In this document: positions 8,830-17,355 of the stretch, piece by piece
Layout: each line of letters starts with the position of its first letter
Position numbering within the stretch: the first letter of the stretch is position 1
DNA from: Nitrosopumilus sp.
GTDB taxonomy: Archaea > Thermoproteota > Nitrososphaeria > Nitrososphaerales > Nitrosopumilaceae
Length of the DNA stretch: 32,000 nt
Assembly: GCA_965219345.1 (NCBI GenBank)
Contig: OZ244732.1
Location: 1,148,375 to 1,180,374, forward strand
Direction of reading: 5' to 3'
Translations under genes and position numbers: made by a program
The notes under the pieces: model-generated
The model's database searches: none
What the model saw: only the letters and a program-made list of their open reading frames with translations
What the model was told of the DNA's origin: nothing

Positions 8830-11328
8830 TTGGCTATCCCTAGAGTAAGTTCTGCACTAAAAGCAGTTGATCTAAAACAAATTCCAACCCCTCTAATCAT
8901 TGGGGAGAGAATTAACACTCAGGGTTCTCATAAAGCAAAGCAGCTAGTTCTTGCTGATGATTATGACGGTCTAGTTGATTTGGCAAGGGCACAGGTTGAA
9001 GATGGTGCTCATTGTCTTGATGTTTGCGTTGCAACTACAGAACGTTCTGACGAACGTGAGTTTATGTTAAATCTCGTTAAAAGATTAAGTTTGGAAATTG
9101 ATGCACCCCTTGTAATTGATTCAACCGATCCCGAAGTGGTTGAAGCATCCGTAAAACAAATTCCAGGAAGACCAATAATTAATTCAATTAATCTTGAAGG
9201 GGATGGTAGCAGATTTCAAAAGCTAGCTCCCATAATGGCAAAGTATGGATTGCCTTCCATTGCATTGTGCATTGGACCAAATGGTATGGCAAAAACTCCA
9301 CAACAAAAGGTAGAGACTGCTGAACTTCTTTATGAAACTGGAAAAAAATATGGGTTAAAAATTGAACAATTTATTTTTGATGTCCTTACATTTACTTTAG
9401 CTACGGGAGAAGATGAATTTCTTGACGCAGGAAAAAATACTTTAGAAGGAATTCGTCTTGTTAAGGAAAGATTCCCAAACTCATTTACTACATTAGGCCT
9501 TAGCAACATCAGCTTTGGCCTTGCCCCATATGCAAGAAAAATTATTAATTCAGTATTTCTGTATCATGCACTAAAGTCTGGACTTGACACAGCTATTGTA
9601 AATGCTAAAGAGATTATTCCTTATGGTGAGATTAATGACAAAGAGCGAAAACTTACTGAAGATTTAATTTTTAACACTCATCCAAATGCCCTACCGGAAT
9701 TAATTTCTTATTTTGAAAAGATAGATTCCAAAAGTAGTACTTCTGACAAAAAAGTTGATGTTGATCCTTCTTGGTCTCCTGGAAAACGCGCTAATTTCAG
9801 AATTGTAAATAGGCTCAAAAATGGTATTCAGAATGATGTTGTATCTGCAATTGCAGAAAAGCTAGGTAAAAATGAACTAATCAAAGAAAATGATGGAATT
9901 TTGTCTCTGGATGCTACTCAAGAAATTACACATGATGGTGCAATCAGAACTCTCAATGAAGACTTACTTCCTGCAATGAAGGAGGTTGGCGATAAATTTG
10001 GTGCAGGAGAGTTAATCTTACCATTTGTTCTCAAATCTGCTGAATGTATGAAAGCAGCAGTTGATGAACTTGAAAAGTATTTGCTAAAAAAAGAGGGAGT
10101 TAGTAAAGGTAAGCTTGTTTTGGGAACAGTTTATGGCGATGTGCATGATATTGGAAAGAATTTGGTAAAGACAATCTTTCAAAATAATGGTTACACTGTA
10201 TATGATTTGGGCAAACAAGTTCCATTACAAAAATTCTTAGAAAAAATTGATGAAGTTAATCCTGATGCTATAGGTTTGTCTGCATTGTTAGTTTCAACTT
10301 CAAAGCAGATGCAGTTTTTTGTAGAACATGCAAGAAAAAACAAAATGACTCTCCCAATTCTCTGTGGTGGTGCTGCAATTAACACCAACTACATTAACAG
10401 AATTGCAAAAGTTGATGGAATCTACGAACCTGGTGTATTTTACTGCAATACCATGTTTGAAGGGCTTAAAACAATGGATGTTTTGGTTTCAGATGAAAAA
10501 CCAAAACTTTTAGCTACATGGAAAGAAAAGATGGAAAATTGGAAAGAAAAATCTACGGCTTCAGTAGATTCAGCAAACCTTCCAAAGAGTGACATTAAAC
10601 CGGTAGAATTCCCAACTCCTAAAAGTATTGGAGAAACAATTCATCTAAAAGCAGATCAAATCAATATGGATGAAGTTTGGCAGATGATTGACAAAAAATC
10701 ACTATTCAAGTTATCTTGGGGTCTCAGAGGAAAAGCAGGCTCTGAATCAGAGGAAGACCATGAAGATTTGTTAAACCAATGGAAGATTAGAATAATTAGA
10801 GAAAAACTCTTCGAGTCTGAGGTAGTCTATGGGTACTTTAGATGTCACAACAAAGATGGAAAATTACTTGTTGAAAATCCTGCAGGTAATGATGTGGAAT
10901 TTGATTTTCCACGTTCTACAAAACCAGAACATCTCTGTTTGACTGATTATTTTGGTAAAGATGACATTGTTGCATTCCAATCAGTAACCGTGGGCAACAA
11001 AGTAGTAGAAATAATAGAACAATGGAACAAAGAAGACAAGTATGCTGATGCTTACTATTTACATGGATTGGCAGTTGAAGTGGCAGAAGCCTTGGCAGAA
11101 TGGATTAATCAAAAAATTAAATCTGAACTGAATCTAGAACAAGGTGGACTCCGATACAGCTGGGGATTTCCTAGTTGCCCTGACGTATCACAACATCATT
11201 TAGTCTGGAAACTCTTACATCCAGAAAAATCTGGAATGACATTAACCGAATCTGGTCAAATTATTCCTGAACAATCAACTGCAGCAATTGTTATTCATCA
11301 TCCAAAAGCAAAATATTTTGTACTTTAA
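8830..11328 (+). CDS. metH: Cobalamin-dependent methionine synthase lacking the Hcy domain: pterin-binding, B12 cap, B12-binding and AdoMet reactivation domains
   Basis: 832-aa ORF with a TTG start. B12 motifs GDVHDIGKN (DxHxxG), GLSALLVSTS (SxL) and LCGGAAI (GG). C-terminal reactivation-domain segment RYSWGFPSCPD. Confidence 0.9.
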   Translation: MAIPRVSSALKAVDLKQIPTPLIIGERINTQGSHKAKQLVLADDYDGLVDLARAQVEDGAHCLDVCVATTERSDEREFMLNLVKRLSLEIDAPLVIDSTDPEVVEASVKQIPGRPIINSINLEGDGSRFQKLAPIMAKYGLPSIALCIGPNGMAKTPQQKVETAELLYETGKKYGLKIEQFIFDVLTFTLATGEDEFLDAGKNTLEGIRLVKERFPNSFTTLGLSNISFGLAPYARKIINSVFLYHALKSGLDTAIVNAKEIIPYGEINDKERKLTEDLIFNTHPNALPELISYFEKIDSKSSTSDKKVDVDPSWSPGKRANFRIVNRLKNGIQNDVVSAIAEKLGKNELIKENDGILSLDATQEITHDGAIRTLNEDLLPAMKEVGDKFGAGELILPFVLKSAECMKAAVDELEKYLLKKEGVSKGKLVLGTVYGDVHDIGKNLVKTIFQNNGYTVYDLGKQVPLQKFLEKIDEVNPDAIGLSALLVSTSKQMQFFVEHARKNKMTLPILCGGAAINTNYINRIAKVDGIYEPGVFYCNTMFEGLKTMDVLVSDEKPKLLATWKEKMENWKEKSTASVDSANLPKSDIKPVEFPTPKSIGETIHLKADQINMDEVWQMIDKKSLFKLSWGLRGKAGSESEEDHEDLLNQWKIRIIREKLFESEVVYGYFRCHNKDGKLLVENPAGNDVEFDFPRSTKPEHLCLTDYFGKDDIVAFQSVTVGNKVVEIIEQWNKEDKYADAYYLHGLAVEVAEALAEWINQKIKSELNLEQGGLRYSWGFPSCPDVSQHHLVWKLLHPEKSGMTLTESGQIIPEQSTAAIVIHHPKAKYFVL

Positions 11329-12062
11329 CTAACTGATTTTTCTAAAAATTCATTCAAGCCATTAAAATCACTGGGTGATGTAATCAATACATCCCCTGTA
11401 ATTTTATGTGCTTTTTTTACAAATTCCTCAAACTCTTGACTGTGTGATGAGAATTCCAAATTCAAAAATTTGGCAGATTTTTGATTTTTTTCAGAAGGAA
11501 ATAAGATAATTGGAATTACTAAAAATCCTTTTAAATTGTTGGAGAGATTTTGCACTTGTTCTAGATTTTCAACTACTTGTGTCATGAATCCTTTGGGATT
11601 TGCTTCTAATTTTTTTCCAATTTTAGAAAAATTGGGTTTATTTGAAATTGAAAGATATAAATCAATTTTTGAATCAATACCTTTCTCTCTTAGTCTCTTT
11701 ACAGTTGTGCTTGGAATCTGATCTAAATCTAGTTTCCCAGTTTGTGATGGGTCTCCCATGAGTACCAAAATCCCTGAAAGGCCTATGGAGATACAATTCT
11801 CTACAAATTCTGAAATCTCTTTTTCACTCTTGTCTCTAACTCTAAGACTAATTGTAATTGGAATATCCGGAATTTCTTTTCTAATGATCTTTCCAACTTC
11901 AATTGGTGATACCCTTTGATACCCTAACACATTTTCAGTAAGATGTATTGCATCACATTTTTTTGAAATAATTTTTATTTTTTCGATAAATTTTACAATT
12001 GATTCATTTGTGTCCACATTAGGCAAAATCTTAGGTGGATTTGCTTCATATCTGATTGTCAT
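11325..12062 (-). CDS. metF: Methylenetetrahydrofolate reductase-like protein (short archaeal MetF-type)
   Basis: The ORF is open to 12170, but the upstream 36 codons would overlap the divergent Nudix gene. ATG at 12062 (MTIRYEANPPKI...) leaves room for both promoters. Family resemblance only (..HLTEN.., ..ISLRVRD.., ..ILVLMGDP..). The stop overlaps the metH stop. Confidence 0.6.
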   Translation of the reverse strand: MTIRYEANPPKILPNVDTNESIVKFIEKIKIISKKCDAIHLTENVLGYQRVSPIEVGKIIRKEIPDIPITISLRVRDKSEKEISEFVENCISIGLSGILVLMGDPSQTGKLDLDQIPSTTVKRLREKGIDSKIDLYLSISNKPNFSKIGKKLEANPKGFMTQVVENLEQVQNLSNNLKGFLVIPIILFPSEKNQKSAKFLNLEFSSHSQEFEEFVKKAHKITGDVLITSPSDFNGLNEFLEKSVS

Positions 12063-12136
12063 GCTGTCATTTTTTCTGTCCTTGGTTAAAACCTTTGAAT
12101 ACCAAAACCCAAATGGAATTGTAGGAAAGAAATAAG

Positions 12137-12685
12137 ATGCTTTTTGATGATTTAAAACCAATACTTTCAAGCCCCATAAATCCTATGATAGAAACTGATG
12201 GAAGATACAGATTGGCGTCAGTGCTTGTAGTAATTTATGGTAAAGAACCAACTATTATAATGACTGAAAAACCTAAACATATGAGATTTCATGCAGGCGA
12301 AATTTCATTTCCTGGTGGAAAATTAGATGCCGGCGATTCGGATCTTTTACAAACAGCATTACGTGAAACAAGTGAAGAAATTGGACTTGAAATTACAAAA
12401 GAACAGATAACTGGTCAATTGGAACCTGTTGTTACTTTGAATTCTGGTTTTTTGATTTTACCATTTATCTCAGTTATTGATGAGATTCCAACACTTGCAG
12501 CAAACTCTGAAGTTGAAAAAATTTTTCATATTAAACTAGAACCCTTTTTGAAAACTATGGCAAATGATCCAAATCCATCTCATAACATCATTCAAGAAAT
12601 GTACACTTTTGAATATCAAAATCAAATAGTGTGGGGAGCTTCAGCTAGAATCCTAAGACAAATACAAAATCTTCTAAAACCCTGA
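12137..12685 (+). CDS. Nudix hydrolase, CoA-pyrophosphatase-like
   Basis: Nudix-box-like FPGGKLDAGDSDLLQTALRETSEEIGL, preceded by IIMTEKPKHMRFHAGEISFPGG, which resembles the CoA-type upstream motif. The start may instead be ATG 12185 (MIETDG...), which has TTTAAAAC at 12151-12158 upstream. Confidence 0.8.
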   Translation: MLFDDLKPILSSPINPMIETDGRYRLASVLVVIYGKEPTIIMTEKPKHMRFHAGEISFPGGKLDAGDSDLLQTALRETSEEIGLEITKEQITGQLEPVVTLNSGFLILPFISVIDEIPTLAANSEVEKIFHIKLEPFLKTMANDPNPSHNIIQEMYTFEYQNQIVWGASARILRQIQNLLKP

Positions 12686-12691
12686 GATTCA

Positions 12692-12699
12692 TTTAAAAA
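12692..12699 (+). promoter_or_regulatory. TATA box TTTAAAAA centred about 27 nt upstream of rpl39e ATG 12723
   Basis: Read directly; the spacing fits a leaderless archaeal mRNA. Confidence 0.45.
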
Positions 12700-12722
12700 G
12701 AGCTCTTCGTGCCTGAAAATCT

Positions 12723-12881
12723 ATGGCCGCACGCAAGTCTTCTCCGAGAAAGATTCGCCTGCTAAAAAAAACAAAGCAGGCAGTACCAGTACCAGCTTGG
12801 ATAATTCTCAAAACAAAGCGAGCTGTTAGAACAAATCCAAAACGTAGAGCTTGGAGATCAACTGATGTGGAGGTAGGATAG
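12723..12881 (+). CDS. rpl39e: 50S ribosomal protein L39e
   Basis: Not in the ORF track (52 aa). Translation: MAARKSSPRKIRLLKKTKQAVPVPAWIILKTKRAVRTNPKRRAWRSTDVEVG, then TAG. Very basic, L39e-like, and immediately followed by rpl31e (the conserved archaeal pairing). Confidence 0.88.
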   Translation: MAARKSSPRKIRLLKKTKQAVPVPAWIILKTKRAVRTNPKRRAWRSTDVEVG

Positions 12882-13550
12882 ATGTCTCAAGAATTAGAAA
12901 GAGTTTATACAATTAATCTAGGTAAAGTCAAGCTCTCACAGTCACAACATAGAGCTGTTAGAGCAATTAACATGATTAAAGAATTTGCTCGTCATCATAT
13001 GAAAGTCGAGGAAATTAAAATTGAAGAAGAACTAGCTCATCAAGTTTGGGCAAGAGGAATCAGAAGTCCTCCAAGAAAAATTCGAGTTAGAATGAGCAAG
13101 ACCGATGAAGGTTATATTCTTGTTTCTCAATATGACGAAGAAGCAGAATCTAAAGTTACTCCTGAAAAAGATGCCAAGAAAGTTGAAGATCAAGTAGAAG
13201 AACCATCTACGGAAGCCAAGAAAGTTGAAGATCAAGTAGAAGAACCATCTACGGAAGCCAAGAAAGTTGAAGATCAAGTAGAAGAACCATCTACGGAAGC
13301 CAAGAAAGTTGAAGATAAAATAGAAGAACCATCTACGGAAGCCAAGAAAGTTGAAGATAAAATAGAGAAGCCAGCTAAAGAAGCACCAAAGAAAGAGAAG
13401 CCAATACCAAAGAAAGAGAAGCCAGCTAAAGAAGCACCAAAGGAAGAGAAGCCAGCTAAAGAAGCACCAAAGAAAGAGAAGCCAGCTAAAGAAGCACCAA
13501 AGGAAGAGAAGCCAGCTAAAGAAGCACCAAAGAAAGAACCTAAAAAATAA
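12882..13550 (+). CDS. rpl31e: 50S ribosomal protein L31e with a long repetitive Lys/Glu/Pro-rich C-terminal extension
   Basis: Residues 1 to about 87 (..ERVYTINLGKV..HRAVRAINMIKEF..VWARGIRSPPRKIRVRMSK..) match the L31e core. Residues about 88-222 are in-frame tandem repeats. Confidence 0.88.
   Translation: MSQELERVYTINLGKVKLSQSQHRAVRAINMIKEFARHHMKVEEIKIEEELAHQVWARGIRSPPRKIRVRMSKTDEGYILVSQYDEEAESKVTPEKDAKKVEDQVEEPSTEAKKVEDQVEEPSTEAKKVEDQVEEPSTEAKKVEDKIEEPSTEAKKVEDKIEKPAKEAPKKEKPIPKKEKPAKEAPKEEKPAKEAPKKEKPAKEAPKEEKPAKEAPKKEPKK
13176..13385 (+). repeat. In-frame 42-nt tandem repeat, 5 units (KKVEDQVEEPSTEA). The first three copies are identical at the DNA level.
   Basis: Read directly: aagaaagttgaagatcaagtagaagaaccatctacggaagcc x3, then two diverged units (DKI for DQV; the last is a hybrid with the next repeat type). 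Confidence 0.95.
13365..13535 (+). repeat. In-frame 30-nt tandem repeat, about 5.5 units (EKPAKEAPKK / EKPAKEAPKE)
   Basis: Read directly: gagaagccagctaaagaagcaccaaag(a/g)aa repeated. Confidence 0.95.
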
Positions 13551-13585
13551 ATTCCTTCAAAAAATTATAATTTTAAAAAATTATT
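13551..13585. terminator. AT-only convergent intergenic spacer with the 14-bp palindrome AAAATTATAATTTT and oligo-A/T runs (possible bidirectional terminator)
   Basis: It lies between the convergent stops of rpl31e and the FtsZ-like gene. A6 runs on the plus strand are T6 on the minus strand. Confidence 0.3.
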
Positions 13586-14536
13586 TTATTCTAGTTGATA
13601 TAGATCCAATTTGCAATCAATACTGCAATCTGGTGTAGGCCAATCAAGTGTGTTTTCTTGTGGAATCATTCCAAGTGGATCGTAGTTGTCAAACTTTGTC
13701 ATTCCTTGAATGGAAGACAACATTACAACTTTGGATTCATCAGAAGTTGATATCACGTCTATTTGTGAATTACCTTCATTTAGAATCCCACTTGTGAGAT
13801 TTGTGATTGAGTTTAAGACTCCAACGGGAATATTGCTTCCTCCAACTACATACAGCATTGAGCGTTTTATTGCATTTGGTGGGGCATTTTCATAGAGCAT
13901 TTTTAGTGAATCCCTTAGAGAATCTTCAATATTTTGTCCTTCTTTGCTTGTTGTGAGAATGTTTGTTTCAGAAGACATTTCAGATGAATTAAGTGATTTT
14001 ACTACGTGCATAATTGCAGAGTTTGCAATATCATAACATACCTTGGGACTCAAATCTGGATTACTCTCAAGTAACGAATCATTATCAAGTACAATAGTAC
14101 ATTCTGAGTTTTCTCTAACTCTTTTTAGGGATATTCCAGAATTAAAAATTCTATCTTTTTCATATTTGAAAGGCATAATTGCAAATGAAATCAATCCTTT
14201 GTCGGACTCTTTACAAATTTCTGATACTACCGGTGCTATGGCTGAACCCGCTTTTCCAGCCAAGTTACTCATCAGAATTACTGTGGAATAGTCTGCAATC
14301 TTTGATTTTATTTCATCAGCAACCTTGTAAGTTGAGCCTCTGATTAATTGAACAGATGGATTAACTACCGAATCTGTTGAAACGTGAATAGATGGATTCT
14401 CCGCTGAGAGATCTTTAGCATCATTACTGATTGTTAGACAATCCGAATTGATAGAATCTTTTGCTTTAATTGCTAATTTTGAGCCTACACCGCCTAAACC
14501 TATGACTAAGATTGGTTGTTTTACTTGAAAACTCAT
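13586..14536 (-). CDS. FtsZ/tubulin-superfamily protein with a degenerate GTP-binding signature
   Basis: 316-aa ORF, colinear with FtsZ: ILVIGLGGVGSKLA, CLTISNDAKDL, STVILMSNLAGKAGSAIAPVVSEICKE, TIVLDNDSL. The GGGTG(S/T)G signature is replaced by AGKAGSA. Confidence 0.8.
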   Translation of the reverse strand: MSFQVKQPILVIGLGGVGSKLAIKAKDSINSDCLTISNDAKDLSAENPSIHVSTDSVVNPSVQLIRGSTYKVADEIKSKIADYSTVILMSNLAGKAGSAIAPVVSEICKESDKGLISFAIMPFKYEKDRIFNSGISLKRVRENSECTIVLDNDSLLESNPDLSPKVCYDIANSAIMHVVKSLNSSEMSSETNILTTSKEGQNIEDSLRDSLKMLYENAPPNAIKRSMLYVVGGSNIPVGVLNSITNLTSGILNEGNSQIDVISTSDESKVVMLSSIQGMTKFDNYDPLGMIPQENTLDWPTPDCSIDCKLDLYQLE

Positions 14537-14609
14537 TTCAGATACTATTCTTTGATTTAGATAAAAAACCTTCTTACGTTTTTTTAATCAAATCTTAGAT
14601 CGAAAAAAA

Positions 14610-15878
14610 TTAGCTTGCGATCTTTCCAAGAAGACTGTTTACAGTAACATCTGTAATCTCAACTGTATAAAATTGACCGATACCTACTTCATTTCTAACA
14701 AAGATAGGCTTGTAAGCAAAATTTCTACCTTTGATGCCGTCATCTGTCTTCTCATCAAATAGAACTTTGCCCGTCCAACCGATCCACTTTTTGTTATTGT
14801 CCAATGATATTTTGTTGATCTGTTCAAAAATCATCTTACTTCTTCGTTTAACTTCAGCAACATCAATTTGTTCCCATTCAGCTGCCTCAGTACCAGGTCT
14901 TGCACTGTATTTTGACAGATTTACAATATCTGGTCTTGTTTCGTTAAGTAGATTTGCTGTTTTTTGAAAATCTTCTTCAGTCTCTGAAGGAAATCCAACT
15001 ATGACATCAGTTGAAATAGTAAAGTCTCCGAACCTTTCTTTTGCCCTTTTTACAATTTCTCTGAAAGTACCAACAGTATGGCCTCTTTTCATGTCATTGA
15101 GTACTTTGTCGCTTCCACTTTGTACTGGAATGTGAAGAAATTTGAAGACTTTGTCATTGTCAAAAGATTCTATCAGTTCTTCTTTGATCCTTGGCATGTA
15201 CATTGGGTTCATCATGCCAACTCTAACCATAAAATCATCTGGAATTTCTACAATCGCATCTATTAGTGATGGTAGATCAGTTCCAATGTCAAACCCATAA
15301 CATCCGTTATCTGTAGATGTCAACCACACTTCTTTACACCCTTCCTTGATCTCTGTTTGGACTTGTCTTACGATATCACCCAATCTATAACTTGAAAGAT
15401 CTCCTTTGGATAGTTTGGTCTGACAAAATGTACATTCACTCATACATCCACTTGCTATCTCTATAATTCCAACTACTGGATTTAATCTGACCTTTGGAAG
15501 TCCAGTCTTTGATAAATCAGAGTCTTCTAACGAAATCTGTTTTCTACCATTTAATGTTGAATCAATCACCTGAAGTGTTTTTCCTAATGAGTTAGGTCCT
15601 AACAGGCTAGCATTTTCCGCAAACTTTTCAACAGTACTCTTTTCTGCTTTTGGAAAACATCCTGCCACAACCAATGGTTTTGATTTTAATGATTTTATTC
15701 TATGAATCATCTTGTTTGCAGTAGCGTCTTTGACAGAGCATGTTACCACTAAATTCAAATCAGATTCTGAAGAGTCATCTACTAAAGTATGACCGCCATT
15801 TAGAATAAGTCCTGAAATCATCTCTGAATCTGCAAAGCTAGCAGAACATCCGTAAGCTTCTACGAAAATCTTTGCCAT
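14610..15878 (-). CDS. MiaB-family radical-SAM tRNA methylthiotransferase (archaeal/eukaryotic CDKAL1/MtaB-like)
   Basis: 422-aa ORF. N-terminal UPF0004-type Cys (YGCSASFADSE, VVTCSV, VVAGCF), radical-SAM CMSECTFC, C-terminal TRAM-like domain. Confidence 0.88.
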   Translation of the reverse strand: MAKIFVEAYGCSASFADSEMISGLILNGGHTLVDDSSESDLNLVVTCSVKDATANKMIHRIKSLKSKPLVVAGCFPKAEKSTVEKFAENASLLGPNSLGKTLQVIDSTLNGRKQISLEDSDLSKTGLPKVRLNPVVGIIEIASGCMSECTFCQTKLSKGDLSSYRLGDIVRQVQTEIKEGCKEVWLTSTDNGCYGFDIGTDLPSLIDAIVEIPDDFMVRVGMMNPMYMPRIKEELIESFDNDKVFKFLHIPVQSGSDKVLNDMKRGHTVGTFREIVKRAKERFGDFTISTDVIVGFPSETEEDFQKTANLLNETRPDIVNLSKYSARPGTEAAEWEQIDVAEVKRRSKMIFEQINKISLDNNKKWIGWTGKVLFDEKTDDGIKGRNFAYKPIFVRNEVGIGQFYTVEITDVTVNSLLGKIAS

Positions 15879-15881
15879 AAT

Positions 15882-17243
15882 CTACCCAAATAGAGAATTG
15901 ATTTCCTTGTTACTAAATAGTTTCTTTGAAACAACCAACTCTCTGATGGTCTTTCCAGTTTTTAGTGATTCTTTGAAAAGTTCTGCAGATTTTTGATATC
16001 CTATTTTTGGAGTTAGCAAAGTAACAATTACTGGACTATTTTCAATGTCCTTACGTAACTTGCCTTTGTTTGCAGCAAGTCCATTAATTAGATTTGCAGA
16101 AAATATTGGCAAGAAATTTTTGAGCATATCTGTCGATTCTAGCATACACTTCAGCATTCCAGGCAACATGACATTGAGCTCAAACTGTCCGCTTTGTGCT
16201 GCATAAGCCACTGCTGTATCATTCCCAATTATGTTAAAACAAATCATGTTCATACATTCGGCTAAAGATGGATTTACTTTACCTGGCATAATGGACGAAC
16301 CTGCATGTACTGCAGGAATTCCAAGTTCAGCCAATCCTGCAATTGGACCCGATGCCATTAATCTGATATCGTTTGCGATCTTTCCTATCTCTAGTGCCAA
16401 GTTTCGTAAAGACCCTGACAAATTTGTAACTGCAAACTTGCTTTGTAAACTATACTGCATATCTTTTTCAGGTTTTAGTGAAAGTCTGGAAATTTTTCCA
16501 AGTTCAACTATTGCAATCTTTCTGTAACCTCTTGGTGTGTTTGCACCCGAGCCTACAGCTGTTCCTCCAAGAGCAACATTTTGTAATTCTTTTTGTGATG
16601 AAATAATTTCATTTCTTGCTTTGGTAATTGATGTTACATAAGCTGCAAATTCACTACCTAGTGTTACTGGTAATGCATCCATTAGATGTGTTCTTCCAAT
16701 TTTCTTAAATGATGAAAATTGTTTTGCTTTCTTTGATAGTGACTTTATCAAAATATCAATAGCTGGAATCACATCTTTAAGATTCATCAAAATTGCAACA
16801 TGCATAGCAGTTGGATATGTGTCATTACTTGATTGTGACATGTTTACATGATCATTTGGATGTAAGAATTGGTATTGTCCTTTCTTTTTATGTAGTATTT
16901 CTAGTGCAACGTTTGCAATAACCTCATTAGAATTCATGTTAAATGCAGTACCTGCACCAGAGTTGATCATGTCTACTGCAAATTGATCAACATATTTTCC
17001 AGACAAAATTTTATCACATGCAGAAACTATGGCCCTTCCACGCTTTGTGTCAATGGACTTTGTCTTCATATTTGCTAGTGCTGCAGAACGTTTAATCATT
17101 ACAAATGACTTGATCAAATTTTCATGGCTTTTGTTTCCTGTAACATGATACTGTTTGATTGCTCTTCCAGTAAACGCCCCATAATATGCATCAGCTGGGA
17201 TTTTGACTTTTCCAAGTGAATCTTGGTCTAATCTAAATTTCAT
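15882..17243 (-). CDS. Aspartate ammonia-lyase / class II fumarate hydratase family enzyme
   Basis: 453-aa ORF with the signature loop GSSIMPGKVNP. N-terminus DSLGKVKIPADAYYGAFTGRAI is aspartase-like, whereas the G in the SS loop is fumarase-like, so substrate is not assigned. Confidence 0.88.
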   Translation of the reverse strand: MKFRLDQDSLGKVKIPADAYYGAFTGRAIKQYHVTGNKSHENLIKSFVMIKRSAALANMKTKSIDTKRGRAIVSACDKILSGKYVDQFAVDMINSGAGTAFNMNSNEVIANVALEILHKKKGQYQFLHPNDHVNMSQSSNDTYPTAMHVAILMNLKDVIPAIDILIKSLSKKAKQFSSFKKIGRTHLMDALPVTLGSEFAAYVTSITKARNEIISSQKELQNVALGGTAVGSGANTPRGYRKIAIVELGKISRLSLKPEKDMQYSLQSKFAVTNLSGSLRNLALEIGKIANDIRLMASGPIAGLAELGIPAVHAGSSIMPGKVNPSLAECMNMICFNIIGNDTAVAYAAQSGQFELNVMLPGMLKCMLESTDMLKNFLPIFSANLINGLAANKGKLRKDIENSPVIVTLLTPKIGYQKSAELFKESLKTGKTIRELVVSKKLFSNKEINSLFG

Positions 17244-17324
17244 ATTGATTTTATAACAAATTATCTCCTATTATTCATTCTTTTTCAGATAATTTCATAA
17301 TTACATAAGATGGGAATGCCAATT

Positions 17325-17332
17325 ATTATATA
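17325..17332 (+). promoter_or_regulatory. TATA box ATTATATA centred about 27 nt upstream of the nirK-like ATG 17356
   Basis: Read directly. Confidence 0.4.
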
Positions 17333-17355
17333 GGAATCATAAATGATCGGTTTTA

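Noticed and set aside
11325-12170. Full-length 281-aa version of the MetF-like ORF
   Set aside because: The first 36 codons (MKVLVLNHQKASYFFPTIPFGFWYSK...) would overlap the divergently transcribed Nudix gene start and leave no promoter space. The ATG at 12062 was preferred. This is not certain.
13176-13535. Regular 42-nt and 30-nt repeats: a possible CRISPR array or satellite?
   Set aside because: There are no unique spacers between the units. The repeats are contiguous, in frame and extend the L31e ORF to a normal stop, so this is a coding tandem repeat.
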